Below, in pieces: positions 44,325-60,200 of a stretch of 64,000 nucleotides of DNA. A program made the translations under genes and the position numbers. Each line of letters begins with the position of its first letter. Positions within the stretch are counted from its first letter, which is position 1. This DNA comes from Dromaius novaehollandiae (lineage: Eukaryota): assembly GCF_036370855.1 (NCBI RefSeq), contig NC_088128.1:292899-356898 (forward strand), written 5' to 3'. The notes under the pieces are model-generated. The model saw only the letters and a program-made list of their open reading frames with translations. It searched no databases and was not told the DNA's origin.

Positions 44325-45175
44325 GGCAATTGGGGGGGGGCGATTAGGGAGGGGGGCAATTAGGGGCCGGGGGGGGCAATTAGGGGCCAGGGGGGGCAAT
44401 TAAGGGGGGTAATTGCAGACTATGGGGCAATTTGGGGGGTAATTAGGGCCAGAGAAAGCAATTGGGGGGGGTGATTTGAGGCTGGGGGGAGGCAATTAGT
44501 GATTGGGAGGGGCAATTAGGAGGGTAATTAACCCTGGGGGGGGCAATTAAGGGATGGGGGGGGCAATTGGGCGGTTATGTGGGGCTGAGGGAACAATTAG
44601 GAGGGTAATTAAGCCTGGGGGGGGCAATTGAGAGCCAGTGGGGTAATTGGGGGGGTTATTTGGGCCTAAGGGGACAATTAGGGGGGTAATTAGGCCCGGG
44701 GGGGGGGGCAATTAAGCATTGGGGGGGGGCAATTCAGACCCAGGGGGGCAATTGGGGGGGTTATGTGGGGCTGAGAGGACAATTAGGGGGGTAATTAGGG
44801 GCTCTGGGGCAATTAGGAATTGGCAGGGGCAACCGGGGGGGGGGTAATTAGGGGTTGGGGGGGCAATTAGGGGGATAATTGGGGGCAATTAGAGGCTGCG
44901 GGGGCAACTGGAGGAGCAACTAGGGGGTGGGGGGGGCAATTAGTGGGGGCAATTAGGGACTGGGGGGAACTGGGGGTAATGGGGGGGGGCAATTAAGAAC
45001 TCGGGGGGGGGGCAATTAGTGACCACAGGAGTAATTTAGGATCAGGGAAGCAATTACAGGAGCAATTAACAGTTGGGGGGCAATTAGGCCCTGGGTGGGG
45101 GCAATTAAACACCTGGGGGGGGCAATTAGGCATGGGGGGGGCAATTAAACACCTGGGGGGGGCAATTAGGGGGGG
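44325..45175. repeat. G-rich array based on ggggggcaattagg, unit about 20-30 bp
   Basis: gcaattag or gcaattgg occurs more than 30 times. Confidence 0.85.
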
Positions 45176-45183
45176 CGACTCAC

Positions 45184-45234
45184 CCGGAAAAGCTCCTTGA
45201 GGTCATAAAACTGCCCGTGGATGTCGCCGCACAC
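45184..45234 (-). CDS. PPP4C: PPP4C coding exon (GDxHG motif)
   Basis: Translation is [17 protein letters not shown]. It is identical to human PPP4C. Acceptor is ttccag and donor is CGG|gtgagtcgc. Confidence 0.9.
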
Positions 45235-45380
45235 CTGGAAGGGGGCAAAAAAGGGGACGTCAGGGGGGGCAAATCCGCCTAATTACCCCCCCCCAGGGCT
45301 TAATTACCCCCCTGGGGGGTTAATTACTCCCTCTAGGGTCTAATTGCCCCCCCCCGGGGGTCTAATTGCCCCCCGCTCAC

Positions 45381-45432
45381 CGTCACGGGCGAGTCGACCC
45401 GCTGGACGTTGCTCTCCTCCACCAGAATCTCC
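45381..45432 (-). CDS. PPP4C: PPP4C coding exon
   Basis: Translation is (R)EILVEESNVQRVDSPVT. It is identical to human PPP4C. Acceptor is tcccgcag and donor is ACG|gtgagcgg. Confidence 0.9.
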
Positions 45433-45559
45433 CTGCGGGACGGCGCCTCGTTAGCGGGGTTAATTGCCCCGCGGGGGGGTTAATTACCCCGCGGGGGGGT
45501 TATTCACCCCCTGGGGGGGTTATTTACCCCCTGGGGGGGTTCTTTGCCCCCCCCGGTAC

Positions 45560-45661
45560 CTGGCTTTGGCGCAGAGGGCCTTCACCTCGCTCTCCTTGAT
45601 GAGCTCGCAGCGGCGCAGCTGCTCGATCTGCCGGTCCAGGTCGCTCGGCTCCCCCATGGCC
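45560..45661 (-). CDS. PPP4C: PPP4C first coding exon (ATG at 45657..45655)
   Basis: Translation is [32 protein letters not shown](R), ending in donor AG|gtaccgg. Human has [33 protein letters not shown]. An acceptor-like cag at 45662-45664 suggests there is an upstream non-coding exon. Confidence 0.85.
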
Positions 45662-45664
45662 CTG

Positions 45665-47400
45665 CCCCGGGGGGGCAATTAATTATTAATTACCCCCCCT
45701 AATTACCCCACGCATTAATTAACCCCTCCCACGGGGGGTGCTTGGTAGGGGCCCCCCGGCTTGAGCTGCTTGGGGCCATGAAATGGCTGCCCGGGGGGGC
45801 AATTACCCCCCCCCCCCCGGGGCTAATTGCCCCCCTCCCAAGGTAACTGCCCCCCCCCGGGGCTAATTGCCCCCCTCCCAAGGTAACTGCCCCCCCCCGG
45901 GGCTAATTGCCCCCCAGGGCTAATTGCCCCCCTCCCAAGGTAACTGCCCCCCCCCGGGGCTAATTGCCCCCCTCCCAAGGTAACTGCCCCCCCCCGGGGC
46001 TAATTGCCCCCCTCCCAAGGTAGCTGCCCCCCCCGGGGCTAATTGCTCCCCTCCCAAGGCAATTGCCCTCCCAGGGCCCCCAATTGCCCCCCCCCAAAGC
46101 TCCCAGGCCCCAATATTGCCCCCCCAGCAGCCCCCAAATGCCTAATTTGCCCCCAAACCCCCCAATGGCCCCCAAACACCCCCGATTCTCCCCCCAACCC
46201 CCTCAGTAACCCCGAAACCCCCCCAATTTGCCCCCAAATCCCCCCAATTTGCCCCCAAACCCCCCCCAGCAGCCCCCAAATACCCCCAATTCTCCCCTCC
46301 CCACCCCCAGTGGCCCCTAAATCCCCTCAATTCTCCCCAAATCCTCCCAATTTCCCCCCAACCGCCCCCAAATCGCCCCAATTCCCCCCCAGGTGCCCCC
46401 CAAATCCCCCCGTTGTCCCCAACAGCCCCCAACCCCCCCCCAAAAGCTCCGCAAAGGCCCCCAGCGGACCCGAAACCACCCCAACTGCCCCCAAATCCTC
46501 CAGGTGCCCCCGAGCCACCCCCAAAAGCCCCCGAATTCGCCCCAAAAAGCCCCAGAACCCCTGAATTCACCCCAAAAGGCCCATCAAAAACCCGAGTTTG
46601 TCCCGAATTCGCACCAAAAGGCCCCGAATTCGCCTCAAATTCTCCCCAAAAAGCTCCAAAAGGCCCCAAAATCTCCCCAAAAGGCTCTGAAATCCCCTGA
46701 ATTCGCCCCCAAATCCCCCGAATTCGCCCCGCAAGGCCCCCAAATCCCCTGAATTCGCCCCAAATTCTCCCCAAAAGGCCCCGAATTTGCCCCAAAAGGC
46801 CCCGATACCCCCCGAATTCGCCCCCAAAGGCCCCGAAACCCCCCGAATTCGCCCCAAAAGGCCCCGAAACCCCCCGAATTCGCCCCAAAAGGCCCCGAAT
46901 TCGCCCCAAAAGGCCCCGAATTCGCCCCAAAAGGCCCCCAAACCCCCCAAATTCGCCCCAAAAGGCCCCGAATTCGCCCCAAATTCGCCGCAAAAGGCCC
47001 CGAAATCCCCCGAATTCGCCCCAAAAGGCCCCGAATTCGCCCCAAAAGGCCCCGAAACCCCCCGAATTCGCCCCAAAACCCCCCGAATTCGCCCCAAAAG
47101 GCCCCGAATTCGCCCCAAAAGGCCCCCAAATCCCCCGAATTCGCCCCAAAAGGCCCCGAATTCGCCCCGCAAGGCCAAATCCCCCGAATTCGCCCCAAAA
47201 GGCCCCGAATTCGCCCCAAATTCGCCGCAAAAGGCCCCGAAATCCCCCGAATTCGCCCCAAAAGGCCCCGAAATCTCCCCAAAGCGCCCCGAAACCCCCC
47301 GAATTCGCCCCAAAAGGCCCCGAAACCCCCCGAATTCGCCGCAAAGCGCCCCGAAATCCCCCGAATTCGCCCCAAAAGGCCCCGAATCGCCCCCAGCCCC
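45665..47400. repeat. Two arrays upstream of the PPP4C coding region
   Basis: From 45665 to 46100 the unit is about 58 bp (ggggctaattgcccccctcccaaggtaactgccccccccc). From 46100 to 47400 the unit is about 24-31 bp (ccccgaattcgccccaaaaggcc). Both are C-rich on the plus strand. Confidence 0.85.
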
Positions 47401-47625
47401 CCCCGAACCGCCCCGCTTCGCACCCGGCCGCGACCGTCCCCCGCCGCCGCGCGTCACTTCCGGGCCGCGGCCCCGGCGGAAGCGGAAGTGCCCAGGTTCC
47501 CCCCCCCACACACACGCACATACAGCGCCCCGGAGACGGGGGAGGGGTGTGAGTGAGGGCGGAAGTGACGTGTGAAGGTGGCGCCTGCGGGCGTGACGTC
47601 ACAGGGTGCGCGCCAGCGGCGGGAG
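47400..47625 (-). promoter_or_regulatory. PPP4C: Candidate PPP4C promoter / 5'UTR exon, with ETS + CRE housekeeping-type motifs
   Basis: This unique island sits between two arrays. ETS cores are cacttccgg at 47455, cggaagcggaagtg at 47476 and ggcggaagtgacgtg at 47548. A palindromic CRE gtgacgtcac lies at 47594-47603. A (CA)n tract runs 47508-47525. A minus-strand donor-like GGAAG|gtgacg lies at about 47450. I could not resolve the exact TSS or donor. Confidence 0.4.
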
Positions 47626-48885
47626 GAGGCTCCTGGGGGCTCGGACGCCTGGGCCCCTCCCAGATGCCTGCCCTTCCCCCCCCCCGGACACCTGGGCCCC
47701 CAGATGCTTAGTTCTTCCCCGGACGCCTGGGCCCCTCCGTAGACACCTGGGTCCCCCGGACGCCTGGGCCCCTCCTCGGACACCTGGGCCCCTCCTCGGA
47801 CGCCTGGGCCCCTCTGTAGACACCTAGGTCCCCCGGACGCCTGGGCCCCCCCCAGATGCCTGGGCACCCCTGGCCGGACGCCTGGGTCCTTTCCTGGGTT
47901 CCCTCCCCCACCCGGACACCTGGGTCCCCCGGACACCTGGGCCCCTCCCAGATGCCTGCCCTTCCCTCCCCCCGGACACCTGGGCCCCCAGACGCTCAGT
48001 TGTTCCCCGGACGCCTGGGCCCTTCCGCAGACGCCTGGGTCCCCCGGACGCCTGGGCCCCTCCGTAGACACCTAGGTCCCCCGGACGCCTGGGCCCCCCC
48101 CAGATGCCTGGGCACCCCCACCCGGACGCCTGGGCCCCTCCGTAGACACCTGGGTCCCCCGGACGCCTGGATCCCTCCCGGACGCCTGGGCCCCTCCTGG
48201 ACGCTTAGTCCTTCCCCGGACGCCTGGGTCCTTCCCCAGATTCCCTCTCCCCCGGACGCCTGGGCCCCTCCGTAGACACCTGGGTCTGCCGGACGCCTGG
48301 GTCCCCCGGACGCCTGGGCCCCTCCCAGATGCCTGCCCCCCCCACCCGGACGCCTGGGCCCCTCCGTAGACACCTAGGTCCCCCGGGCGCCTGGGCCCCA
48401 CCCGGACGCCTGGGCCCTTCCGCAGACGCCTGGGTCTGCTGGACGCCTGGATCCCTCCCGGACGCCTGGGCCCCTCCTGGACGCTTAGTCCTTCCCCGGA
48501 CGCCTGGGTCCTTTCCTGGGTTCCCTCCCCCGGACGCCTGGGCCCCTCCTGGATGCCTGGGCCCCTCCCAGACATCTGGGTCCCCCAGACGCTCAGCCCC
48601 CCCCCCCCCGACGCCTGGGCCCCTCCCGGACACCTGGGCCCTTCCCCGGACGCCTGGGCCCCTCCCGGACACCTGGGCCCTTCCCCGGACACCTGGCTCC
48701 CCTGGACGCTTAGTCCTTCCCCGGACGCCTGGGCCCTTCCCCAGATTCCCTCCCCCCTGCCCGGACGCCTGGGCCCCTCTGTAGACACCTAGATCCCCCG
48801 GACACCTGCCCCCACCCCGGGACGCCTGGGCCCCTCCCGGACGCCTGGGCCCCTTTCCCGGACGCCTGGGCCCCCAAAGAGGCAG
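47625..48885. repeat. ALDOA-PPP4C intergenic array, unit about 18 bp (ccggacgcctgggcccctcc) with a higher-order period of about 250 bp
   Basis: The array belongs to the same 16-mer core family as 43425-44210. Confidence 0.85.
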
Positions 48886-49024
48886 GTGCAGAGGCAGTTT
48901 CCGTTTATTGCCGCGAGTCGGGGAGGCCGCGCGTGTCGCGGCGTGTCGCGGCGTGTCATGACGTGTCACCGCGTGTCGTGACGTGTCACCGCGTGTCACG
49001 GCGCGGCCCGGACGCCGGGGCCCC
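48885..49024 (-). terminator. ALDOA: ALDOA 3'UTR with a polyA signal (AATAAA on the minus strand at 48909..48904)
   Basis: The plus strand reads ccgtttattgccgcgag. The 3'UTR carries six copies of a 12-mer, gcgtgtc(a/g)(c/t)g(g/a)c, at 48925-49010, which includes TGACGTG half-CRE motifs. Confidence 0.7.
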
Positions 49025-51995
<2,971 letters not shown>

Positions 51996-52001
51996 ACGTA
52001 C

Positions 52002-52201
52002 CAGGGCGCGCTTGACGTACTCCTCCTGGGCGGCCTTGGTGTTGTCGCGCTTGCCGCCCCAGGCGCGCAGGGCCGAGGCCTGCAGCGCCCGCCCGTAGGA
52101 GAAGGTCAGGGCCCAGGGCCGCCCCAGCGGGCAGCGGTTGATGGCGTTGAGGTTCAGCGACGCCTCCTCCTCGCTCTGGCCCCCGGACAGGAAGGTGATG
52201 C
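52002..52201 (-). CDS. ALDOA: ALDOA coding exon
   Basis: Translation is (G)[66 protein letters not shown]. It matches human [66 protein letters not shown]. Acceptor is cgcgcag and donor is CTG|gtacgtgg. Confidence 0.9.
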
Positions 52202-52204
52202 CTG

Positions 52205-54060
52205 CGCGGGGACACGGGGACGTCACGCCGGGGGGGGACGGGGACGCGGTGATGGGGACGTGGCCATGGGGACAGGGACATGGCCATGGGGACGTGCGGA
52301 TGGGGACCAGGACGTGGCCATGGGGACAGGATGGGAACCTGGACATGGCCATGGGGACGTGGGGATGGGGACCAGCACGTGGCCACAGAGACATAGCCAT
52401 GGGGATGGGGACGTGGCCATGGGGACAGGGAGGTGGCCATGGGGACGTGGGGATGGGGACCAGAACGTGGCCACAGGGACATAGCCATGGGGATGGGGAC
52501 GTGGCCATGGGGACAGGGACATGGTCATGGGGACGTGGGGATGGGGACCAGGACGTGGCCATGGGGACAGGATGGGAACCTGGACATGGCCATGGGGACG
52601 TGGGGATGGGGACCAGCACGTGGCCACAGAGACATAGCCATGGGGATGGGGACGTGGCCATGGGGATGGGGACATGGTCATGGGGACGTGGGGATGGGGA
52701 CCAGCACGTGGCCATGGGGACAGGATGGGAACCTGGACATGGCCACGTCCCCGTGGCCATGAGGACATGGGGACGGGGACCAGCACGTGGCCACAGGGAC
52801 GCAGCCATGGGGATGGGGACATGGCCATGGGGACGTGGCCATGTGGATGGGGACATGGCCATGGGGACAGGGAGGTGGCCGTGGCCATGGGGACCAGAAC
52901 ATGGCCACAGGGACATGGCCATGGGGATGGGGACACAGCCACGGGGACGCGGCCATGGGGACCAGGACACGGCTACAGGGACGTGGCCATGGAGACAGGA
53001 TGAGAACCTGGACGTGGCCATGGGGACGTGGCCATGGGGACAGGGAGGTGGCCATGGGGACGTGGGGATGGGGACCAGGACGCGGCCACAGGGATGCAGC
53101 GATGGGGACATGGTCATGGGGACAGGATGGGAACCTGGACATGGCCACGGGGACGTAGCCATAGGGATGGGGACATGGCCATGGGGACGTGGGGATGGGG
53201 ACCAGGACGCGGCCTTGGAGACATGGGGCGTGGCCATGGGGACAGGGAGGTGGCCATGGGGACAGGTACCAGGACGTGGCCACAGGGACGTGGTCATGGG
53301 GACGGGGACATGGCCATGGGGACACGGCCATGGGGACGGGATGAGAACCTGGCCATGGCCATGGGGACGTGGGGATGGAGACGTGGGGAAGGGGACCAGG
53401 ACGTGGCCACAGGGACGTGGTCATGGGGACAGGAAGGTGGCCATGGGGATGGGGAGATGGGGACAGAGCCATGGGGACCAGGACACAGCCACAGGGACAC
53501 GGCCATGGGGACAGGGACACGGGGACACAGTCCTGGGGACAGGAACATGGCCACGGGGACACAGCCAAGGGGACAGGAACGTGACATGGGGATGTGGCAT
53601 GGGGACACGGCCCTGGGGACAGGAACATGGCCACGGGGACACGGCCCTGGGGACACGACCATGCGGACACGGCCCTGGGGACAGGAACATGGCCACGGGG
53701 ACACGGCCATGGGGACATGGTCATGGTGACGGGGACATGGCCATGGGGACACAGCCCTGGGGACAGGAACGTGGCATGGGGACACGGCCCTGGGGACAGG
53801 AACGTGGCCACAGGGACACGGCCCTGGGGACACGACCATGGGGACAGGAATGCCACCACAAGGACACAGCCATGGCCATGGGGACAGAGGTGACATGGGG
53901 ACACAGCCATAGGCACACCAACAGCACGGTGACATGGCCAGGGGGTGGGACACAGCCCCGGGGACAGGGACACGGCCACGAGGACAGCACAGAGATGCCA
54001 CCACAGGGCCACCGCAGCAAGACGACCCCGACGCCATGACGCTGGTGTCCCCAGGGCCAC
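52205..54060. repeat. G-rich array with a unit of about 21 bp (ggacgtggccatggggacagg) and higher-order periodicity; it resumes at 54250-54325
   Basis: ggccatgggga occurs more than 60 times. Confidence 0.85.
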
Positions 54061-54069
54061 CGCGGCTCA

Positions 54070-55230
<1,161 letters not shown>

Positions 55231-55238
55231 TGACCGAC

Positions 55239-55399
55239 CTGCTGGCAGATGCTGGCGTAGCGGGCGAGGACGTTGGCGTTCTCCAGGATGGCCAGGCGCG
55301 ACGGCGTGTGCTCCGAGATCTTGAGGACGCAGCGCCACTTGGCGAAGTCGGCCCCGTCCTTCTTGTACTGGGCGCAGCGCTCCATCAGCCCGTCCAGGC
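55239..55399 (-). CDS. ALDOA: ALDOA coding exon
   Basis: Translation is (G)[53 protein letters not shown]. Human has [54 protein letters not shown]. Acceptor is cccag and donor is CAG|gtcggtca. Confidence 0.9.
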
Positions 55400-56385
55400 C
55401 TGGGCGCGCGGGGACACCGTGGGGACACGGCGGGGGGACACCGGGGCGGGGGACACGGCGGGGAACGTGCGGGGAGAGCCGCGGGGACGGCGGTGGGATC
55501 GCGTTGGGGATGGCGGTGGGGACGCAGGTGGCATTAGGGACATGGGGACGGCCTTGGGGACACAGGGAAGGTCTTGGGGACATGGAGGTGGCACAAGGGA
55601 CATGGGGACAGCCTTGGGGACACGGATAGCGGCGGGGAACGTGCGGGGAGAGCCACAGGGACGGTGGTGGGATCGCGGGGACGCAGGTGGCATTAGGGAC
55701 ATGGGGACAGCCTTGGGGACGCAGGGATGGCCTTGGGGACGTGCAGACAGCCTTGGGGACATGCAGGTAGCACATGGGACACAGTGACAGCCTTGGGGAC
55801 ACGGGTGGCCTCGGGGACACGGGGACGGCCTCAGGGACATAGAGATGGCATTGAAGACACAGGAATCATGTTGGTGACATGCAAGTACCATGTGGGACAC
55901 GGGGACAGCCTTGGGGACAGCTTTGGGGACACCGGCGGGGAATGTGCAGGCAGAGCCACGGAAATGGCATTGGGAACAGCCTTGGGGACATCGGGATGGC
56001 CTTGGGGACACGAGGACAGCCTTGGGGACGTGGGGACAGCGCTGGGGACGCGGAGGAGGCACGGGGGACGTGGGGACGGCCTCGGGGACACGGGGACGGC
56101 CGCGGGGACACACACGCACACGACTAGGGACACGGGGAGGCCGACGAGGACACAGAGACAACGTTGGCCACCGCTCGGGGACACAAGGACCCCCTCGGGG
56201 ACCTGGGGACCCCCTTGGGGACACAAAGACCCCCTTGGGGACACGGGGAAGCCCTTGGGGACCTCCTGAGGACCTGGGGACCCCTCGGGGACACTTGGTC
56301 ACCCTCAGGGAGACCCTTGTGGACCCACCAAGGACCCGGGGACACCCTTGGGGACCTGGGGACACCTTTGGGGACGGTCACGCAC
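55400..56385. repeat. G-rich array with a short unit (ggggacacggggacggccttggggaca)
   Basis: ggggac(a/g) and ccttgggga are repeated many times. Confidence 0.8.
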
Positions 56386-56440
56386 CTTGGGTGGTGGTCT
56401 CGCCATTGGTGCCAGCGAGGGGGACGACCCCTTTGTCCAC
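56386..56440 (-). CDS. ALDOA: ALDOA coding exon (55 nt)
   Basis: Translation is VDKGVVPLAGTNGETTTQ(G). It is identical to human ALDOA. Acceptor is cctag and donor is G|gtgcgtgac. Confidence 0.9.
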
Positions 56441-56444
56441 CTAG

Positions 56445-58535
56445 GAGGGGACATGGGGACACGGTCACCGGGAGCCCCAATGTCCCCCCCAACGTCCCTC
56501 GGACCCGCAGCCACCGCTGTCCCCAGGTCCCCTCTGTCCCCACGTCCCCTCTGTGCCCCATCTCCGTGTCCCCCTGATGTCCCCAAGTCTCCCTGAGCTT
56601 GTTCCACCCCAAATTCCCATGTCCCTTCATGTCCCCCAATGTCCCCTCAACGTCTCCACGTTCCCCAACGTCCCTGTGGCTCTTCCATGTCCCCCAATGT
56701 CCCCTCAACATCTCCATGTCCCCCAGTGTCCCTGCAGCCCTTCCACGTGCCCCAATGTCCCCTCAACGTCTCCATGTCCCCCAGTGTCCCCTCAATGTCT
56801 CCATGTCCCCCAATGTCCCTGCGGCCCTTCCACGTGCCCCAACGTCCCCTCAATGTCTCCATGTCCCCCAGTGTCCCCTCAACGTCTCTACGTCCCACAT
56901 CCCTGTGTCCCCTCAACATCTCCACGTCCTCCAACGTCCCTGTGGCCCTTCCATGTCCCCCAATGTCCCCTCAACGTCTCCATACCCAACGTCCCTGTGT
57001 CTTCTCAACTTCTCCATGTCCCCCAATGTCCCTGTGGTCCTTCCACGTCCCCCAATGTCCCCTCAATGTCTCCACGTCCCCCAACATCCCTGAGTCTTCT
57101 CAACTTCTCCATGTCCCCCAATGTCCCTGTGGCCCTTCCACCTCTCCACGTCCCCCAACGTCCCCTCAATGTCTCCACGTCCACCATCCCTGTGTTCCCT
57201 CAACATCTCCACGTCCCTGTGGCCCTTCCATGTCCCCCAGCGTCCCCTCAACATCTCCACGTCCCACAACGTCCCCTCAACGTCTCCACAACATCTCCAC
57301 GTCTCCTAACATCCCTGCGTGCTTTCTATGTCCCCTCAAGCTCCCTTCAATGTCTCCACGTCCCCCAACGCCCCCTCAACGTCTCCACGTCCCCCAACGT
57401 CCCCTCAACGTCTCCACGTCCCACACCCCTGCGTCCCCTCAACGTCTCCACGTCCCCCAACGTCCCCTCAACGTCTCCACGTCCCCCAACGTCCCCCCTC
57501 AACGTCTCCACGTCCCCTCAATGTCTCCACGTCCCCCAACGTCCCCTCAACCTCTCCACGTCCCCCAACGTCCCCTCAACGTCTCCACGTCCCACAACGT
57601 CCCCTCAACGTCTCCACGTCCCACATCCCTGCGTCCCCTCAACGTCTCCACGTCCCCCAACGTCCCTTCAACGTCTCCACGTCCCCTCAATGTCTCCACG
57701 TCCCCCAACGTCCCCTCAACGTCTCCACGTCCCACATCCCTGCGTCCCCTCAACATCTCCGCGTCCCCCAACGTCCTTGTGACCCTTCCACGTCCCCCAA
57801 CGTCCCCTCAACGTCTCCACGTCCCCCAACGTCCCCTCAACGTCTTCATGTCCCCCAACGTCCCCTCAACGTCTCCACGTCCCCCAATGCCCCCTCAACG
57901 TCTCCACGTCCCACATCCCTGTGTCCCCTCAACATCTCCGCGTCCCCCAATGTCCCTGTGACCCTTCCACGTCCCCCAACGTCCCCTCAACCTCTCCACG
58001 TCCCCCAATGCCCCCTCAACCTCTCCACGTCCCACATCCCTGCGTCCCCTCAACATCTCCGCGTCCCCCAATGTCCCTGTGACCCTTCCACGTCCCCCAA
58101 CGTCCCCTCAACGTCTCCACGTCCCCCAGTGTCCCCTCAACATCTCCACGTCCCACATCCCTGCGTCCCCTCAACATCTCTGCGTCCCCCAACGTCCTTG
58201 TGACCCTTCCACGTCCCCCAACGTCCCCTCAACGTCTCCACGCCCCCCAATGTCCCCCGTCTTCACGTCCCCCAACGTCCCCTCAACGTCTCCACGTCCC
58301 CCAACGTCTCAACGTCTCCACATCCCCTCAACGTCCCCTCAACGTCCCCTCAACGTCTCCACGTCCCCTCAACGTCTCCACGTCCCCCAATGTCCCCTCA
58401 ACCTCTCCACGTCCTCCAACGTCCCCTCAACCTCTCCGCGTCCCACATCCCTGCGTCCCCTCAACATCTCCGCGTCCCCCAACGTCCTTGTGACCCTTCC
58501 GCGTCCCCCAACGTCCCCCCCCGCGTCCCCGTGCC
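56445..58535. repeat. Minisatellite with a unit of about 30 bp (cccctcaacgtctccacgtcccccaacgt)
   Basis: More than 60 copies are present. The array is C-rich on the plus strand. Confidence 0.85.
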
Positions 58536-58538
58536 CAC

Positions 58539-58750
58539 CTTGATGCCGACGAGGCCGCCCTTGGCGCGGATGACGGCGGGGAAGGGGCGCCCGTCGTCCG
58601 CCTTCTGGTAGAGGGTCTCGTGGAAGAGGATGACGCCGCCGATGCAGGGGTCCACGCGCTGGTCGGCCGTGAAGAGCAGCTGCCGGTACCAGCGCCGGTT
58701 CTCCTCCGTGTTCTCCGCCCCCACCGAGCTCAGCCGCTTGGCGATGCTGC
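58539..58750 (-). CDS. ALDOA: ALDOA coding exon
   Basis: Translation is (G)[70 protein letters not shown]. Human ALDOA has [70 protein letters not shown]. This segment rules out ALDOC. Acceptor is cccggcgcag and donor is AAG|gtgggcac. Confidence 0.9.
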
Positions 58751-58754
58751 CTGC

Positions 58755-60200
58755 GCCGGGGACGCCCGCGTCACCCCCCCCGGGGGCCACCGCGGGGTCC
58801 CCGCGGCCACCCGGGGCCACCCAGGACCCCCCAGTGTCATCTGCCGTCGCTGCCATCGCCCATGGCCACCTTGGTGGAACCCGTGCTCTTGTTGCGCCTA
58901 CTTCTGCCAAGGTTTGCAGGGCTCCCGGTGGCCCCTGGGGCCACCCAGTGTCACCTCATGGCACCTGGGGCCACCCAAGACCCTCTAGTGTCACCTCATG
59001 GCACCTGGGGCCACCCAAGACCCTCCGGTGGCACCCGGTGGCACCTGCCATCGCCCATGGCCACCTTGGTGGCACCCATCCTCTTGTTGCACCTACCGCT
59101 GCCAAGGCTCCCAGTGCTCCCAGTGACACCTGGGGCCACCTTGGGTCACCCAGTGTCACCTCATGGCACCTGGGGCCACCCAGGACCCCCCAATGTCACC
59201 TGATGGCAGCCGGGGCCACCCAGGACCCTCCGGTGGCACCCGGTGGCACCTGCCATCGCCCATGGCCACCTTGGTGGCACCCATCCTCTTGTTGCACCTA
59301 CCGCTGCCAAGGCTCCCAGTGCTCCCAGTGACACCTGGGGCCACCCAGGACCCTCCAGTGTCACCCAATGGCACCTGGGGTCACCCAGGACCCCCCAGGG
59401 TCACCTGATGGCACCTGCCATCACCCATGGCCACCTTGGTGGCACCCGTCCTCCTGCTGCACCTACTGCTGCCAGGGTTTGCAGGGCTCCCAGTGCTCCC
59501 AGTAGCACCTGGGGCCACCCAGTGGTGTCCCAGTACCAACTGGGGTCACCCCGTGGCACCTGGGGTCACCCCATGTCTCCTTGGTGCCACCCTGAGGTCA
59601 CCTGATGTCACCCGGTGCCACCCAATAGCACTTGGGGCCACGCAGTGCCCTCCCAGTGTCACCCAGTGTCCTCCTAGTCCCCTCCCAGTGCCCTCCCAGT
59701 GTCACCCAGTGTCCTCCCAGTAGCTTCAAGTGCCAGCTGCTGCCCCCCAGTGCTCTCCCAGTGCCTCCCAGTCCCCCCCAGTGCCTCCCAATTCCCTCCC
59801 AGTGCTCCCAGTCCCTTCCCAGTGCTTCCCAGTTCCCTCTGATCATCTCCCAGTGCCTTCCCAGTGCTTCCTGCTACCTCCCAGTGTCACTCAGTGTTCT
59901 CCAAGTCACTCCCAATCCCCTCCCAGTGCTCCCAGTGCCTTCCAGTCCTCTCCTGGTGCCACCCAGTGCTCCCCAGTCCCCTCCAAGTGCCCCCCAATCC
60001 CTTCCCAGTGCCTCCCACTACTCCCCAGTTCCCCCTAGTCCCCTCCCAGTGCTCCCAGTGCCCTCCAATCCCTTCCCAGTCCCTTCCCAGTGCCTCCCAC
60101 TACACCCCAATGCCACCCAATTCCCCCCAGTGCCCTCCGGGCACCCCCCAGCCCCTTCCAGTGCCCCCCAAACCCCTCCCAGTGCCTCCCAGTGCTCCCA
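58755..60200. repeat. Arrays based on ggggccacccaggaccc / cacctgggg, about 60 bp, then on ccctcccagtgcc, about 12 bp
   Basis: The ccagtgcctccc 12-mer continues into the next array. Confidence 0.8.
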
